A stretch of 64,000 bases of DNA. It comes from Mobula hypostoma (Eukaryota). Within the stretch, counting starts at the first letter, position 1. Each line of letters begins with the position of its first letter. The position numbers and the translations under genes were made by a program. Shown one piece after another: positions 23,991 to 36,182 of the stretch. The stretch lies in the NCBI RefSeq assembly GCF_963921235.1, contig NC_086097.1, positions 106,270,001-106,334,000 on the forward strand, given 5' to 3'. The notes under the pieces were generated by a model, which had not been told where the DNA came from, made no database searches, and saw nothing but the letters and a program-made list of their open reading frames with translations.

Positions 23991-25309
23991 CACACCTCTC
24001 AGGCGCCTCTGTAGAACATGGGAGAAAATCAGTAGCTTCACTGTGCTGGATGCACAACGAGAGCATTAAGGGCCAATTCCTACACCATACTCAATTAACT
24101 CAATCAGCCCTTTGCAAAAAGAATTCATTGGAATTGTTCCAAAGCAATTTTTTTTTCGAAGCAAGTGAAAACAATGGAGGTTGATTATTGAAGAAGTACC
24201 CTCATTGATCAGACAATTTCATGACAGGCCTCTCATTTATTTTCCTTCTTAAGCATTTAATATCTGCCACTGTTATTCCAGAAAGTCTTTTGGAATGATT
24301 GCTTAAAATTCAATCTTTTTCAACTAGATATAAACTAAACACAACACTCGTAATACTGAAAACAAAATGAGGGCATATTAAAATAAATCAGCCAGGAAGA
24401 GACTCAATGGACGGGAAGGAGTAATTCTGCTTCTATGTCTGAAAATGAACACAGAAAGAACAAAATGATAACAAAAAACACAAGTATGTTATTGCCAATG
24501 TAAGTTAACTAGCGAGATGAAAGAAATAATTTTACAATCCCTCAAAGAGAGTGCAGGTCAGAGATATTGCTGCTGCACTGCCTTGCCAGTTGCTTTGCAT
24601 ATGATCCCCTTTGTTCTAGCTTTTACCATGGAAGCTGGATTGTTACCAACTCCAGAAATTACATCTTTGATAAAACAATGGTAATGCAAGCTCATTAATA
24701 ATCTTGTAAATCAACTTTGTGCTTTCCCTTCTGTCCTAATACAGCAACTTGACTTTACTGTGTCCAATGTCGTAAGCAATCCTTTAGTGGAATGGAAACA
24801 GTAAAATCTATTTTAATCAATTTGAACACACGCACCAAAAGTTCTGAAGGGGTGTTACACACATTAAGGTGCCTAAATCAAAGACTAAGGAATATTTTTA
24901 CATTTGAGGTCACAGAAGTAAATCTATTACACACTTGTTTAAAACTTCCTACAGCCATTTTATAAAACAGTAAGATATGTGTGGCTGTAAATTCAATTGC
25001 ACAATATTTTTTTCCTTAGCATTATACAACTCAAAATCTTTTTGTCTTTCTGGAGTGAAACACAACAATAACTACTTTCACTTCATTTGGGAAGTTCGGC
25101 CGCACATTTCTTGTCATGAGTCAGCCTGGTAGCCTGAACAGGGTTCTGTGTCAGGAGCACAGGGCTCTTCTTCAAGCACTGGAGGGCAATTTAATATCAC
25201 ATTCGCCAACAAGCACCAAGCCCAAAGCAGCGATAGTGTACTCCTGAGAGGGTACCTGCAGGGAAACCTATTCTTCTGTAAACTGAACTGCCACCTTCAT
25301 ACATATCAT

Positions 25310-26716
25310 GTTCAAATTACAAAGTAAGTTAACGATCAAAGAGCATACAGTATATGTCACTAAATACAACACTGAGATTTATTTTCTTGTGGACATTCAC
25401 AGTAAATAAAAGAAACACAATACAATCAATGAAAGACTGCACACAACAAGACAGACAATCAATCAATTTTAAAAAGGTAACAAACTGTGCAAATACAAAT
25501 AATAATAATAACAAATAAATAAGCAATAAATATCAAGAACATGAGACGAAGAATCCTTGAAAGTGAATCCATAGGTTGTGGGAACAGTTCAATATTGGGG
25601 TGAGTGAAGTTCAAGAACCTGATGGTTGAGGGGTAGTAACTATTCCTGAACCTGGTGGCAGGGATCCTGAGGCTTCTTTACCTCCTTCCTGATGGTAGCT
25701 GTGAGAAGAGAGCATGGCTTGGATGGTGAGGGTCCTTGATGATAGATGCTGCTTTCCTGTGACAGCACTCCATGTAGATGCGCTCAATGGTGGGGAGGGC
25801 TTCACCCATGACGGATTGGGATGTATCCACTAACACTTTGAAGTCTTGTCCGTTCAAGGGCAATTGTGTTTCCATACCAGGCCCTGATACAAACAGTCAA
25901 TATACTCTCCACAACACATCTACAGAAGTTTGTCAAAGTTTTAGATGACATGCTGAATCTTCGCAACCTTCTCAGAAAGTAGAGGCACTTCCTTCTTTGT
26001 AATGGCACTTACATGCTAGACCCAGGAGAGATCTTCTGCAATGATAATGCTGAGGAATTTAAAGTTGCCGACTCTCCACCTCAGAACTCCTGATCAGTAG
26101 TGGCTCATGGACCTCTGGTTTTCTCCTCCTGTAGTCAATAATCTGCTCCTAGAGCAACACACACAAAACACTCCCTGGTTTTGCTGGCAATGAGTGAAAG
26201 GTTGTCACCATGGCACAACTCAGCCAGATTTTCAATCTCCCTCCTCCATGTGGATTTGTCACTGCCTTTGATTCCGCCCACCACAGTGTGTTAAATATGG
26301 CATTGGAGCTGTCCTTGGCCTCACAGTCATAAGAATAGTGAGTAAAGCAGGGGACTAAGCACAAGACCTTGTGGTGCACCTGTACTGATATTGATTGTGG
26401 AGAAGATATTGTTGTCAATCTGAACTGACTGGGGTCTACAAGTGAGGAAATCGAAGATCCAGTTGCATAAGGAGGTATTGAAGCCTAGGTCTTGGAGCTT
26501 ATTGATTAGCTTTGAAGGAATGATGGTATTGAATGCAGAACTGTAGTCAATGAAGAGCATCCTGATGTATGCATCTTCACTGTCCAGATGTTTCAGAGCT
26601 GAGTGCAGAGCCAATGAAATGGTATCTGATGTTGACCTGTTGTCTCGGTAGGCAAATTGGAGCAGATCACAATCATTTCTCAGGCAGGAGTTGATATGTT
26701 TCATCACCAACCTCTC
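25310..26716 (-). mobile_element. Rex1/Babar-type element, RT C-terminal half and 3' UTR
   Basis: [65 protein letters not shown]. Confidence 0.9.
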
Positions 26717-27230
26717 CTTTCTGATTTCTAGGAAGCTTTGAGAACCCTTTTTCTATGCTACTGGTCCCAACCCTCTCTAACAGTCTGATACTCTTCAATC
26801 TCTGCTCGCCCACAAACTCAGGATCTCCCTTCCCTCAAAAACCTCCAATCTCCATTCTCTGGTGATCAGCTAACCCTGGTGCTCAGATCCCCCAGTCATC
26901 CATCAATTCCTGTTCTAACATCCCCAATCGGCCATCTTCAAAACCAACCCTAACCAGCCCATCCTGAGTCCTCCTTCCAATCCCCCCCCCCTTGGGCTTA
27001 ATCTTAAAAGAGATAAACTGGGTGCTATTGTACCCTAATGGGTGCTCCAGGATGTCTCAGTAAACAAGAATAGTATTCTCCTATTGGTTTCTTATGTTAC
27101 CCATTAAAGACTGCCAAGACAAACATGGAACGCAAATATAGAGTTTTGAACCAATGAATTATATACCTTTATACCAACCAGAACTACAACAATGCTGACA
27201 TTTAGAAAACCTAAAAAAAATGCCAAAAAT

Positions 27231-29775
27231 CAGTGTGAGTAGGCCAGTGAAGGAGTGGAGCTTTGAGGATTTGACTCGACAGGCTTCGACGAGAAGAGGC
27301 GGAGGACGAGCTAGCTCCCAGTTTGTTTTTACAATGTCTCCTGAGACGGTGATGTGCCTCTCATGTGAGATGTCTTGGGGGAACTCCCCTCTCCCGCAGA
27401 GTCACATCTGCCAGAAGTGCATATGGCTGGGCGATCTGGAAGACCATGTAAGGAATCTGGAGCAGAAGCTGGATGACCTTCAACTCATAAGGGAGAATGA
27501 GGCAGTCATAGATGAGAGCTACAGGAAGGTAGTCACACCTAGGCTGTCGGAAGCAGGTCGTTGGGTAACAGTCAGGGGGGGAAAGTGAAGGTGAGCAGAC
27601 AGGTAGTGCAGAACACCCCAGTAGCCATTCCCCTGAATAATAAGTTTACTGTCCTGGATACTGTTGGCAGGGACGACTGACCAGGTGTGAGCCACGGTGG
27701 CAGGGCCTCCAGCACTGAGTCTGACCCTGCGGTGCAGAAGGGTGGGATGGAGAAGAGGAGAGCTGTCGTCATTGGAGACTCTATAGTTAGGGGATTTTGT
27801 GGATATGAGAAGGACACCCGTATGGTTTTTTGCCTCCCAGGTGCCAGGGTCCGGGATGTCTCTGACCGGGTGCACGACATCCTGGTACGAGAGGGAAAGC
27901 AACCAGAAGTCGTGATACATGTTGGGACCAACGACATAGGCAGGAAGAGGGATGAGGTCCTGAAGTGTGAGTTTCGGGAACTAGGCAGAAGGCTGAAGAA
28001 CAGGACCTCAAGGGTGGCGTTCTCAGGATTGCTGCCAGTGCTACGTGACAGTGATGGTAAGAATTGGAGGAGATGGCAGTTGAATGCGTGGCTGAGGAGT
28101 TGGTGCAGGGAGCAGGGTTTTAGATTTTTAGATCATTGGGATCTCTTCTGGGGAAGGTGGGACCTGTACAGATTGGATGGGTTGCACCTGAACTCGACGG
28201 GGAGCAATATCCTTGCAGGTAGGTTTGCTAGCATGGTTCGGGAGGGTTTAAACTAATTTGCGAGGGGGATGGGACCCAGAGCGATAGAGCAGTGAAAGAA
28301 GTGCATGGAGTAAAGCCAGATCTAACATACCACGGGAATGGTACCGGAGGATTGGAGGGAGGCGAATGTTGTCCCCTTCTTCAAAAAAGGTAGTAGGGAT
28401 AGTCTGGGTAATTATACACCAGTGAGCCTTATGTCTGTGGTGGGAAAGCTGTTGGAAAAGATTCTTAGAGATAGGATCTATAGGCATTTAGAGGATCATG
28501 GTCTGATCAGGGACAGTCAGCATGGCTTTGTGAAGGGCAGATCGTGTCTAACAAGCCTGATAGAGTTCTTTGAGGAGGTGACCAGGCATATAGATGAGGG
28601 TAGTGCAGTGGATGTGATCTATATGGATTTTAGTAAGGCATTTGACAAGGTTCCACATGGTAGGCTTATTCAGAAAGTTAGAAGGCATGGGACCCAGGGA
28701 AGTTTGGCCAGGTGGATTCAGAATTGGCTTGCCTGCAGAAGGCAGAGGATGTAGGTGGAGGGAGTACATTCAGATTGGAGGATTGTGACTAGTGGTGTCC
28801 CACAAGGATCAGTTCTGGGACCTCTACTTTTCGTGATTTTTATTAACAACCTGGATATGGGGGTAGAAGGGTAGGTTGGCAAGTTTGCAGGTGACACAAA
28901 GGTTGGTAGTGTTGTAGATAGTGTAGAGGATTGTCAAAGATTGCAGAGAGATATTGATAGGATGCAGAAGTGGGCTAAGAAGTGGCAGATGGAGTTCAAC
29001 CCGGAGAAGTGTGAGGTGGTACACTTTGGAAGGACAAACTCCAAGGCAGAGTACAAAGCAAATGGCAGGATACTTGGTAGTGTGGAGGAGCAGAGGGATC
29101 TCGGGGGACATGTCCACAGATCCCTGAATGTTGCCTCACAGGTGTATAGGGTAGTTAAGAAAGCTTATGGGGTGTTAGCTTTCATAAGTCGAGGGATAGA
29201 GTTTAAGAGTTGCAATGTAATGAAGCAGCTCTATAAAACTCTGGTTAGGCCACACTTGGAGTACTGTGTCCAGTTCTGGTCGCCTTACTATAGGAAGGAT
29301 GTGGAAGCATTGGAAAGGGTACAGAGGAGATTTACCAGGATGCTGCCTGGTTTAGAAAGTATGCGTTATGATCAGAGATTAAGGGAGCTAGGGCTTTACT
29401 CTTTGGAGAGAAGGAGGATGAGAGGAGACATGATAGAGGTGTACAAGATAATAAGAGGAATAGATAGAGTGGATAGCCAGCGCCTCTTCCCCAGGGCACC
29501 ACTGCTCAATACAAGAGGACATGGCTTTAAGGTAAGGGGTGCGAAGTTCAAGGGGGATATTACAGGAAGGTTTTTTACTCAGAGAGTGGTTGGTGCGTGG
29601 AATGCACTGCCTGAGTCAGTGGTGGAGGCAGATACACTAGTGAAGTTTAAGAGACTACTAGACAGGTATATGGAGGAATCTAAGGTGGGGGCTTATATGG
29701 GAGGCAGGGTTTGAGGGTCGGCACAACATTGTGGGCCGAAGGGCATGTACTGTGCTGTACTATTCTATGTTCTAT
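27231..29775 (+). mobile_element. CR1 copy A: 5' UTR, ORF1 and RT, with an internal deletion at 28329/28330 removing APE and linker
   Basis: ORF1 then abrupt jump to MVPEDWREANVVP; (TATGTTC)n tail. Confidence 0.93.
27334..28256 (+). pseudogene. CR1 ORF1: CxxC..CxxC zinc finger, leucine zipper, SGNH esterase-like domain
   Basis: CLSC..CQKC, LEDHVRNLEQKLDDL, VIGDS, HVGTND, DGLH; broken by frameshift and stop near 27585-27680. Confidence 0.85.
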
Positions 29776-31159
29776 CAAAATGGCTCAGAACTCTTTGAAA
29801 ATATTTTATTGGTTACAATGCAAAAGGAAGTCATCTAGCATCTCTATGTTAGAAACAATGGGAATCAGGTTAAACAGCACAAAAGCTTAATAGAATTTGA
29901 TAACTAAAGTAAAATGTGGTGAGAATGTACACTGGTTTGGATTTATATGGGAATTTAAGGACTTGTGCTTCACTTCAAAGCAGAAAAGTTATTTGTAGAT
30001 GCTGACAGTTTTTAGCAAACTTCTCTGCTTTGTGCTGTCAATGGAAACAATGCAAAATATCATTTCAACCTACACAGTTTCCACACCAGACTGCTTTGAA
30101 GCTTTAAAACCATACTTTATCTAAAGTACACATTTGCCACTAGGATTATCACATATGGATTAATACTAAGCAATTTGATTATGCATAAAAGTTCAAGAGG
30201 GAAAATGACAGTCCCAGAATGGATGATTATTCTTTAAAATACTGGCAATGGTGAAAGTGAGGAGGACACAGATATGTTTCTAACCACTGAATACAGAAAT
30301 TTAAAGCATGTATGTGAAAGATTAAACTATAAATTACCGGATGTAAATTATTGCAGTCAGCTCCTTTTAAGGATAATACGTTTACTGTTAGCTTGGAATA
30401 TTCTTGGCAGCATTGCACCTTTGCACCATTAATAACTGCTTCGGACTTTAGAAGGCAAGTGCATAAATTATTCTTTCTCACTGAATACTGTGAGCCAATT
30501 TCCTAATATGAATTATATCATTTTGCATATTTACAAATGAACTAAAACAGTTTCCTCTGCTATTTTTCAAGCTTAACAATCACCATAAACACTGCTAAGG
30601 ATTGTACCTCTATCTAAGGTCAAAAGGTCCACTAGCTATCAGCAGAAAACTCAAATTTGCATTTATTGCGCCTTTCATGTAAAACGCTAGCCCACTCTTG
30701 ATCATTGCCAAAAAGAAGTGCAGACATTGTTATAATGCACGAATTTCTGAAAGGTATCAAGGATATTCTGTGCAGATCACTACCTGCTTTATTGGTGCTC
30801 AAAGGAGAAAATTCACTGTACATTAATCTGCAATGAAACTGAAAAGTTTGCCACTTCTTGCATATGTTACGTAGAAATTGGATAGTGTGCCGCCATTTCC
30901 AGGCACTGTGAATAAATTCACACTCAGAGAAAAAAAAATGGATGGAGACAATATGAGTTTCCAAAGTCCACAATTTTTCTTCTGCAACGTTCGCACATCA
31001 CGAGTGCAATGGAGAAGACCTAATGCGCGTCTGTAAACCGCTTGCCAGATTTTGCATCACATAAAGAATGGTATACTCTTACACAAGCATATGTTTGTGG
31101 TTTCATGTGTCCAGTTCTATGCAGTATAGTAGTAGGAACCTGTGTCAGGGAGTTAGAAC

Positions 31160-31475
31160 ATTAGACATACTTTAGTCTATCACAGCACAGTATAAGCCCT
31201 TTGGTTCATAATGATGTGTTGACATTTTAACTTACTCTAACATCAATCTAACCTTATCCTCCTACACAGTCCTCCATTTTCCTTTCATTCATATCATTCA
31301 TATTTAAGTGTTTCTTACATATCCCTATTGGACCTGCCTTTATCACCACCGATGGCAGTGCATTCCATATAGTTACCATTCTCTGTGTAAAGACTTTACC
31401 TCTAACATTCACCCCTATACTTCCCTCTGCTCACCTTAGAATTATGCCCCCTTGTATTAGTCATTTCCAAACAAG
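31160..31475 (-). mobile_element. Old CR1 3' fragment
   Basis: CACAGCACAGTATAAGCCCTTTGG...GGCAGTGCATTCCA...CTCTGTGTAAA, antisense to the CR1 end. Confidence 0.6.
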
Positions 31476-31949
31476 TTTCTCTTATTTATTTATCATGACA
31501 GTTCTTACTTAGTCTAGTCTCCCCACGACCATCTGTTAACCCTCATCTGACCATTCACTGATCTGCCACTAGAGCCAATCTGACTTGCTCCACTAGTACT
31601 GTGTCCCCTCACACTTAATGAGCCCTGATCTTCAACCTGATAATCCTCGTCTACTAATCTCCTATACAAAGCCTCATCGTATCCTTACGTCACGTCCAGT
31701 GAGAGACGCCCTACCAATCTGAATTGGCCAGTTTCTCATCACAACTCCACTTCCCATATAGGAGCACAAGAGATGACCTTCACCTTGATCCAAATCCCCC
31801 AACAAATCCTTATGAATGGCTTTCCATCAACACCTATTTAAATGTCCTTATGGCTCCTGTCAACCAACTATGATAACTATGACCCTGGAACCTTGCAGTT
31901 ATAACATTTTAAGGGTGAGATTGATCTGTAAATATATATATTTATATAT

Positions 31950-32140
31950 TTTCTGCAGCTGTAATAGTACCCTGACCAGTAATGCCACCCCTCCTCCCCT
32001 TTGTCCCCCCTCTCTATCCCTTTTAAAGCACTGAAATCCAGGAATATTGAGAATCCATTCCTGCCCTGGTGCCAGCCAAGTCTCTCAGTTCATCACCTTT
32101 GTTCCTGATGTTTCTTGCATTGAAGTACACGCACTTTAGC
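31950..32140 (-). mobile_element. Inverted fragment of the CR1 APE region
   Basis: Reverse complement of 32554-32788 with an internal ~45-bp deletion at GAGA microhomology. Confidence 0.9.
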
Positions 32141-32489
32141 TATATGTATGTTAAAGTGATTTCCTTTGAATGTAGTGACAAGTTTGCAAAGAATGTAACC
32201 AAAATTACTGAGAGACCCTTCCGGATATCTGCAAGTGTAATTCACTGTGGAAATCCCGGTTAGATTCACACAGAAATAGTGGCAAACTTCAGTAGTTCCA
32301 CATAATCACTGCCATAAAATCTGGGCCAATCAGAGCAAACTTTCCATCAAAACAATTTCTGAAGAATCAGTCAATGCAAAGCATGATAGAAAACAATTTG
32401 TCCATGCACAAGAGTACCCTTTGGTACCCAGTTTGCATTTCTTCAATTTGTGTCAATCTGTCAAGGGCCCAATGTTTGAGTGTCCATGT

Positions 32490-35400
32490 CATATAGAGAG
32501 GCTTTGAGGAAAGAGAAGCAGAATAAAGGGTGTAAAGGTAGTAAGGTAGAAGGGCTAAAGTGCGTGTACTTCAATGCAAGAAGCATCAGGAACAAAGGTG
32601 ATGAACTGAGAGCATGGATACATACATGGAATTATGAGGTAGTGGCCATTACAGAGACTTGGCTGGCACCAGGGCAGGAATGGATTCTCAATATTCCTGG
32701 ATTTCAGTGCTTTAAAAGGGATCGAGAGGGGGGACAAAGGGGAGGAGGGGTGGCATTACTGGTCAGAGTACTATTACAGCTGCAGAAAGGATGGGTAATG
32801 TAGCAGGATACTCCTTTGAGGCAGTATGGGTGGAAGTCAGGAATAGGAAGGGAGCAGTTACTCTATTGGGAGTATTCCATAGGCCCTGTGGTAGCAGCAG
32901 AGATACAGAGGAGCAGATTGGGAGGCAGATTTTGGAAAAGTGCAAAAATAACAGGGTTGTTATCATGGATGACTTTAACTTCCCGAATATTGATTGGCAC
33001 CTGATTAGTTCCAAGGGTTTAGATGGAGCAGAGTTTGTTAAGTGTGTCCAGGATGGATTCCTGTCACAGTATGTGGACAGGCCGACTAGGGGGAATGCCA
33101 TACTAGATCTAGTATTAGGTAACAAACTGGGTCAGGTCACAGATCTCTCAGTGGGTGAGCATCTGGGGGACAGTGACCACCGCTCCCTGGCCTTTAGCAT
33201 TATCATGGAAAAGGATAGAATCAGAGAGGACAGGAAAATCTTTAATTGGGGAAAGGCAAATTATGAAGCTTAAGGCTAGAACTTGCGGGTGTGAATTGGG
33301 ATGATGTTTTTGCAGGGAAATGTACTATGGACATGTGGTTGATGTTTAGAGATCTCTTGCGGGATGTTAGGGATAAATTTGTCCCGGTGAGGAAGATAAA
33401 GAATGGTAGGGTGAAGGAATCATGAGTGACAAGTGAGGTGGAAAATCTAGTCAGGTGGAAGAAGGCAGCATACATGAGGTTTAGGAAGCAAGGATCAGAT
33501 GGGTCTATTGAGAAATATAGGGAAGCAAGAAAGGAGCTTAAGAAGGGGCTGAGAAGAGCAAGAAGGGAGCATGAGAAGGCCTTGGTGAGTAGGGTAAAGG
33601 AAAACCCTAAGGCATTCTTTAATTATGTGAAGTAAAAAAGGATGACAGGAGTGAAGGTAGGACCGATTAGAGATAAAGGTGGGAAGATGTGCCTGGAGGC
33701 TGTGGAAGTGAGCGAGGTCCTCAATGAATACTTCTTTTCGGTATTCACCAATGAGAGGGAACTTGATGACGGTGAGGACAATATGAGTGAGGTTGATGTT
33801 CTGGAGCATGTTGATATTAAGGGAGAGGAGGTATTGGAGTTGTTAAAATACGTACCATAGAACCATAGAACCATAGAAACTACAGCACAGAAACAAGCCC
33901 TTTGGCCCTTCTTGGCTGTGCCGAACCATTTTCTGCCTAGTCCCACTGACCTGCACACGGACCATATCCCTCCATACACCTCCCATCCATGTATCTGTCC
34001 AATTTATTCTTAAATGTTAAAAAAGAACCCGCATTTACCACCTCGTCTGGCAGTTCATTCCATACTCCCACCACTCTCTGTGTGAAGAAGACCCCTCTAA
34101 TGTTCCCTTTAAACTTTTCCCCCCTCACCCTTAACCCATGTCCTCTGGTTTTTTTCTCCCCTTTCCTCAGTGGAAAAAGCCTGCTTGCATTCACTCTATC
34201 TATACCCATCATAATTTTATATACCTCTATCAAATCTCCCCTCATTCATCTACACTCCAGGGAATAAAGTCCTAACCTATTCAACCTTTCTCTGTAACTG
34301 AGTTTCTCAAGTCCCGGCAACATCCCTGTAAACCTTCTCTGCACTCTTTCAACCTTATTTATATCCTTCCTGTAATTTGGTGACCAAAACTGAACACAAT
34401 ACTCCAGATTCGGCCTCACCAATGCCTTATACAACCTCATCATAACATTCCAGCTCTTATACTCAATACTTTGATTAATAAAGGCCAATGTACCAAAAGC
34501 TCTCTTTACGACCCTATATACCTGTGACGCCACTTTTAGGGAATTTTGTATCTGTATTCCCAGATCCCTCTGTTCCACTGCACTCCTCAGTGCCTTACCA
34601 TTAACTCTGTATGTTCTATGTTGGTTTGTCCTTCCAACGTGCAATACCTCACACTTGTCTATATTAAACTCCATCTGCCATTTTTCAGCCCATTTTTCCA
34701 GCTGGTCCAAGTCCCTCTGCAGGCTCTGAAAACCTTCCTCACTGTCTACTACACCTGTCTACATTAGGACAGATAAGTCCCCGGGGCCCGGCGGAATATT
34801 CCCCAGGCTGCTCCACGAGGCAAGGGAAGAAATTGCTCAGCCTCTGGCTAGGATTTTTATGTCCTCATTGTCTACGGGAATGATACTGGAGGATTGGAGG
34901 GAGGCGAATGTTGTCCCCTTGTTCGGATTGGAGGGTTGTGACTAATGGTGTCCCATAAAGGATCAGTTCTGGGACCTCTACTTTTCGTGATTTTTATTAA
35001 CGACCTGGATGTGGGGGTAGAAGGGTGGGTTGGCAAGTTTGCAGATGACACAAAGGTTGGTGGTGTTGTAGATAGTGTAGAGGATTGTCAAAGATTGCAG
35101 AGAAACATTGATAGGATGCAGAAGTGGGCTGAGAAGTGGCAGATGGAGTTCAATCCGGAGAAGTGTTAGGTGGTACACTTTGGAAGGACAAACTCCAAGG
35201 TAGAGTACAAAGTAAATGACAGGATACTTGGTAGTGTGGAGGAGCAGAGGGATCTCGGAGTACATGTCCACAGATCCCTGAAAGTTGCCTCACAGGTGGA
35301 TAGGGTAGTTAAGAAAGCTTATGGAGTGTTAGCTTTCATAAGTCGAGGGATAGAGTTTAAGAGTCGCGATGTAATGATGCAGCTCTATAAAACTCTGGTT

Positions 35401-35930
35401 AGGCCACACTTGGAGTACTGTGTCCAGTTCTGGTCACCTCACTATAGGAAGGATGTGGAAGCATTGGAAAGGGTACAGAGGAGATTTACCAGGATGCTGC
35501 CTGGTTTAGAAAGTATGCATTATGATCAGAGATTAAGGGAGCTAGGGCTTTACTCTTTGGAGAGAAGGAAGATGAGAGGAGACATGATAGAGGTGTACAA
35601 GATAATAAGAGGAATAGGTCGAGTGGATAGCCAGCGCCTCTTCCCCAGGGCACCACTGCTCAATACAAGAGGACATGGCTTTAAGGTAAGGGGTGCGAAG
35701 TTCAACGGGGATATTAGAGGAAGGTTTTTTACTCAGAGAGTGGTTGGTGCGTGGAATGCACTGCCTGAGTCAGTGGTGGAGGCAGATACACTAGTGAAGT
35801 TTAAGAGACTACTAGACAGGTATATGGAGGAATCTAAGGTGGGGGCTTATATGGGAGGCAGGGTTTGAGGGTCGGCACAACATTGTGGGCCGAAGGGCCT
35901 GTACTGTGCTGTACTATTCTATGTTCTATG
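32490..35930 (+). mobile_element. CR1 copy B: ORF2 start (APE), linker and RT C-terminus; ~390-bp deletion at 34924; nested CR1
   Basis: YFNARSIRNK, AITETWL, GGGVAL, DFNFP, LDLVL, SDH; 3' kilobase closely matches copy A. Confidence 0.93.
33852..34759 (-). mobile_element. CR1 3' kilobase nested in copy B (same subfamily as 22169-23990)
   Basis: ORFs 33937-34710 nearly identical to the 22169 copy; host resumes AAAATAC|ATTAGGAC with TAC duplicated. Confidence 0.93.
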
Positions 35931-35959
35931 AATCCAGGTCTGCTGATCTCAGGGTTTGA

Positions 35960-36182
35960 CAACTGTTTATGGGTGTGGGTGGTAGGAGGAATGGGGCTTG
36001 TTTTGCTGCTATTTTGTTGCTTGTTGTGTTTTGTGTTCTAACATGTCATAACATGTGGACATGTTATGTTGGTGCCGGAATGTGTGGCGACACATCCTTG
36101 GATTGTGCTGGTTGTCAACGCAAACAATGTATTTCACTGTCTGTCTCAATGTGCATGCGATATATATACTTGAATCTTGATG
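35960..36182 (+). repeat. Probable old retroposon 3' UTR fragment
   Basis: TG-rich body ending ATTTCACTGT...TGAATCTTGA, like a non-LTR tail; family not identified. Confidence 0.35.

Noticed and set aside
25080..25275. Minus-strand exon after TTTCCCTGCAG acceptor
   Set aside because: The frames I translated stop early, give no recognisable protein, and I found no clear donor
27687..28256. SGNH/GDSL esterase as a cellular enzyme gene
   Set aside because: It is the known esterase-like domain of CR1 ORF1 and lies within a CR1 copy
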